Source: an archaeon (lineage in GTDB: Archaea > Nanobdellota > Nanobdellia > Pacearchaeales > GW2011-AR1). From it: a stretch of 24,000 bases of DNA. Location of the stretch: assembly GCA_018697035.1 (NCBI GenBank), contig JABHSE010000004.1, positions 20,211-44,210 on the forward strand, written 5' to 3'. Positions 22,759 through 24,000 of this stretch are shown piece by piece. A program made the translations under genes and the position numbers. A model generated the notes under the pieces. That model was not told where the DNA came from. It saw only the letters and a list, made by a program, of their open reading frames with translations, and ran no database searches. Within the stretch, counting starts at the first letter, position 1. The number at the start of each line of letters is the position of its first letter.

Positions 22759-23025
22759 ATGACAGAATACAAAAGGTCATATATTATAAAAAAAGTAAAA
22801 GAGTCTATCGTTTCTCAATTAAAGAAGAGTACCTTTTACGATAATATCTCACCAGACAAAATAAATATGGAGATAGGGTTGGCAGAATTAGGATTAGATT
22901 CCTTTTCTTTAGTTGATTTAGTCGTAGGTTTGGGAAAAAGATTTCAAAGAGATGATATCTACAATAAGATGCTTGACAAAAATTATTTTAATGGAAATGG
23001 ATTAGTAGAAGTAATTTCTTCATAA
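22759..23025 (+). CDS. Acyl/peptidyl carrier protein-like (PP-binding-like) small protein
   Basis: 88 aa. IIKKVKESIVSQL...GLAELGLDSFSLVDLVVGLGKRF parallels the ACP pattern (...DLGxDSLxxVELVMxLEEEF) with a Ser in the DS position. It starts 1 nt after the wHTH stop codon. Confidence 0.55.
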   Translation: MTEYKRSYIIKKVKESIVSQLKKSTFYDNISPDKINMEIGLAELGLDSFSLVDLVVGLGKRFQRDDIYNKMLDKNYFNGNGLVEVISS

Positions 23026-23064
23026 CAATACTTTTTTAAATCAAAAATTCTCTAATCAACCATT

Positions 23065-23139
23065 GGCTTCGTAGCTCAGCCTGGTTAGAGCACTAGACTC
23101 TTAATCTAGGTGTCGGGGGTTCAAATCCCCTCGAGGCCA
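23065..23139 (+). tRNA. tRNA-Lys (anticodon CTT), 75 nt, no encoded CCA, no intron
   Basis: Hand-folded. Acceptor ggcttcg/cgaggcc (one G-T pair), D arm gctc-agcctggtta-gagc, anticodon arm ctaga-CTCTTAA-tctag, variable gtgtc, T arm ggggg-ttcaaat-cccct, discriminator a. Confidence 0.9.
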
Positions 23140-23144
23140 TATAA

Positions 23145-23164
23145 ATGCCATCGCAAGATGGCAT
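23145..23164 (+). other. 8-bp perfect hairpin with a GCAA (GNRA) tetraloop in the tRNA-Lys trailer
   Basis: atgccatc-gcaa-gatggcat, read directly from the sequence. Confidence 0.6.
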
Positions 23165-23197
23165 ATTCTACTCTCTGTGTATTTCAAGTCACGGCAA

Positions 23198-23288
23198 TGT
23201 CGGGGCGAACGATTTGCTCGAATTTTTATTGCGAAGCGATTAGAAATTTTTAGAGTGAATCGTGAGTAATTCAAATCCCCTCGAGACA
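23198..23288 (+). repeat. Partial second copy of the tRNA-Lys 3' third, interrupted by the same palindromic module (64 nt)
   Basis: tgtcgggg (23198-23205) matches the tRNA tgtcggggg (23111-23119). The module occupies 23206-23269. ttcaaatcccctcgag (23270-23285) is an exact copy of 23120-23135. The acceptor strand then degenerates (gaca versus ggcca). Confidence 0.85.
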
Positions 23289-23489
23289 TTATTTATTTAA
23301 AAATCCCCAAGCCCTAAGCGCGACTCCGGTAATCATCAATAATAAGATACTCATTGCAATCAGTGCCAAATAATCTAACGCATCTTCTACTTTAAATTGA
23401 TTATATATAGATATGGACTGAATAACTGCGCTCAAAGCAATTGCTATAGTTGCCGTTGCCATTATCTCATTAGTTTTTTTATTTCCCAT
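23289..23489 (-). CDS. Hypothetical small membrane protein (66 aa, 2 TM)
   Basis: ORF 23289..23534 trimmed to the ATG at 23489 (MGNKKTNEIMATATIAIAL...) to avoid overlap with tfs. Its stop codon abuts the distal tRNA-Lys fragment. Confidence 0.45.
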   Translation of the reverse strand: MGNKKTNEIMATATIAIALSAVIQSISIYNQFKVEDALDYLALIAMSILLLMITGVALRAWGFLNK

Positions 23490-23503
23490 CTGTATTAACT
23501 CAA

Positions 23504-23812
23504 TTAATCGTCTACTCTGCATGTCTTCCCACACTTAACACACTCATAAAACTTCGACTCCGCCTCATCCCCACTCCTCATCTGCCTAATCCAAAAATAC
23601 GCCCTCTTCGACTTACACTTCTTACAATCCCAATCCGTAATCGGGTTAACATTCGTCCCCTTCGCATCAACAACCGCAACAACCTGCCCCTCATCAACCT
23701 CTTCCTTCATCTCCATATCAATCTTCCCTTTTGCAACATAATCACATTTAGGACAACCAACCTTAGTTCTCTTCATAGCAAGAATACAACCACACTTCGG
23801 ACAAAATTCCAT
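23504..23812 (-). CDS. tfs: Transcription factor S (TFS; RNA polymerase subunit M/TFIIS C-terminal type)
   Basis: N-terminal ribbon CPKCG...CPKC. C-terminal ribbon CKKC...CVKCG with the acidic loop QMRSGDEAES (compare TFIIS RSADE). Confidence 0.9.
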   Translation of the reverse strand: MEFCPKCGCILAMKRTKVGCPKCDYVAKGKIDMEMKEEVDEGQVVAVVDAKGTNVNPITDWDCKKCKSKRAYFWIRQMRSGDEAESKFYECVKCGKTCRVDD

Positions 23813-23844
23813 ACCTCAAAATCTAGAATCCAAACTTTAAATAA

Positions 23845-24000
23845 CTAACTGCAAAGCCCTCGTCTGTCAGTACTCTTCCCAGCCTCAAAAAAAATCAACT
23901 TAACCCATCCAATCGCCGGAACCTTAAATAAAGCCTTCCCAATTAGTCGAGATTCATCAATAGATTTCTCAGCAGGCCTTTGTTGCGAATTCGTCTTATA
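23845..24000 (-). CDS. 3' end of an unidentified gene entering from the right edge
   Basis: The open frame on the minus strand runs from the window edge to the TAG at 23847-23845 (...IGKALFKVPAIGWVKLIFFEAGKSTDRRGLCS*). Plus-strand composition is like other minus-strand genes. Too short to name. Confidence 0.35.
   Translation of the reverse strand, partial: YKTNSQQRPAEKSIDESRLIGKALFKVPAIGWVKLIFFEAGKSTDRRGLCS

Noticed and set aside
23101-23289. A 62-aa minus-strand ORF from the track
   Set aside because: It lies entirely over tRNA-Lys, its trailer and the palindromic module, and has no start context. It is an artefact.
1-24000. A CRISPR array, rRNA genes, or integrase/transposase genes
   Set aside because: There is no series of three or more regularly spaced identical 25-40 nt repeats. 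The only tandem repeats are the 24-nt units at 13145-13209 and in-gene duplications. No rRNA-like segments were seen, and no ORF has recombinase or transposase motifs that I can recognise.

Overview
This is a 24-kb segment of an AT-rich archaeal chromosome. The archaeal hallmarks are TBP, TFS, ribosomal protein eL15, NAC, Sec61-beta and an ATP-dependent DNA ligase. A small-genome, DPANN-like lineage is only a guess. I support about 40 coding regions, mostly on the minus strand, and two tRNA genes (Ile-GAT, Lys-CTT). I found no rRNA, no CRISPR array and no recognisable integrase or transposase. Housekeeping content includes metG, serS, lig, tbp, tfs, trx, an FKBP PPIase, a MinD-like ATPase, an MFS transporter, a YhbY/CRM protein and an NFACT-R protein. 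Four things stand out. (1) Three loci show the same odd architecture: an intact gene followed by a second copy of its own 3' end. At tRNA-Ile and tRNA-Lys the distal copy runs from the variable loop to the 3' end and is split in the T-loop region by the same 64-65 nt palindromic module, which carries one compensatory base-pair change. At thioredoxin, two 72-nt copies bracket an 832-bp insert carrying a wHTH-Nudix gene, and they differ only at 5 synonymous third-codon positions. (2) The plus strand is C>G and A>T whichever strand a gene is on. The hflK/hflC block at the left edge lacks this skew and looks bacterial in origin. (3) A three-gene operon of unknown function is led by a DUF1963/YwqG-like protein. 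(4) An ACP-like carrier protein gene is coupled to a small wHTH regulator that has a palindromic operator. All functional calls come from motif recognition by eye; no database search or computation was run.
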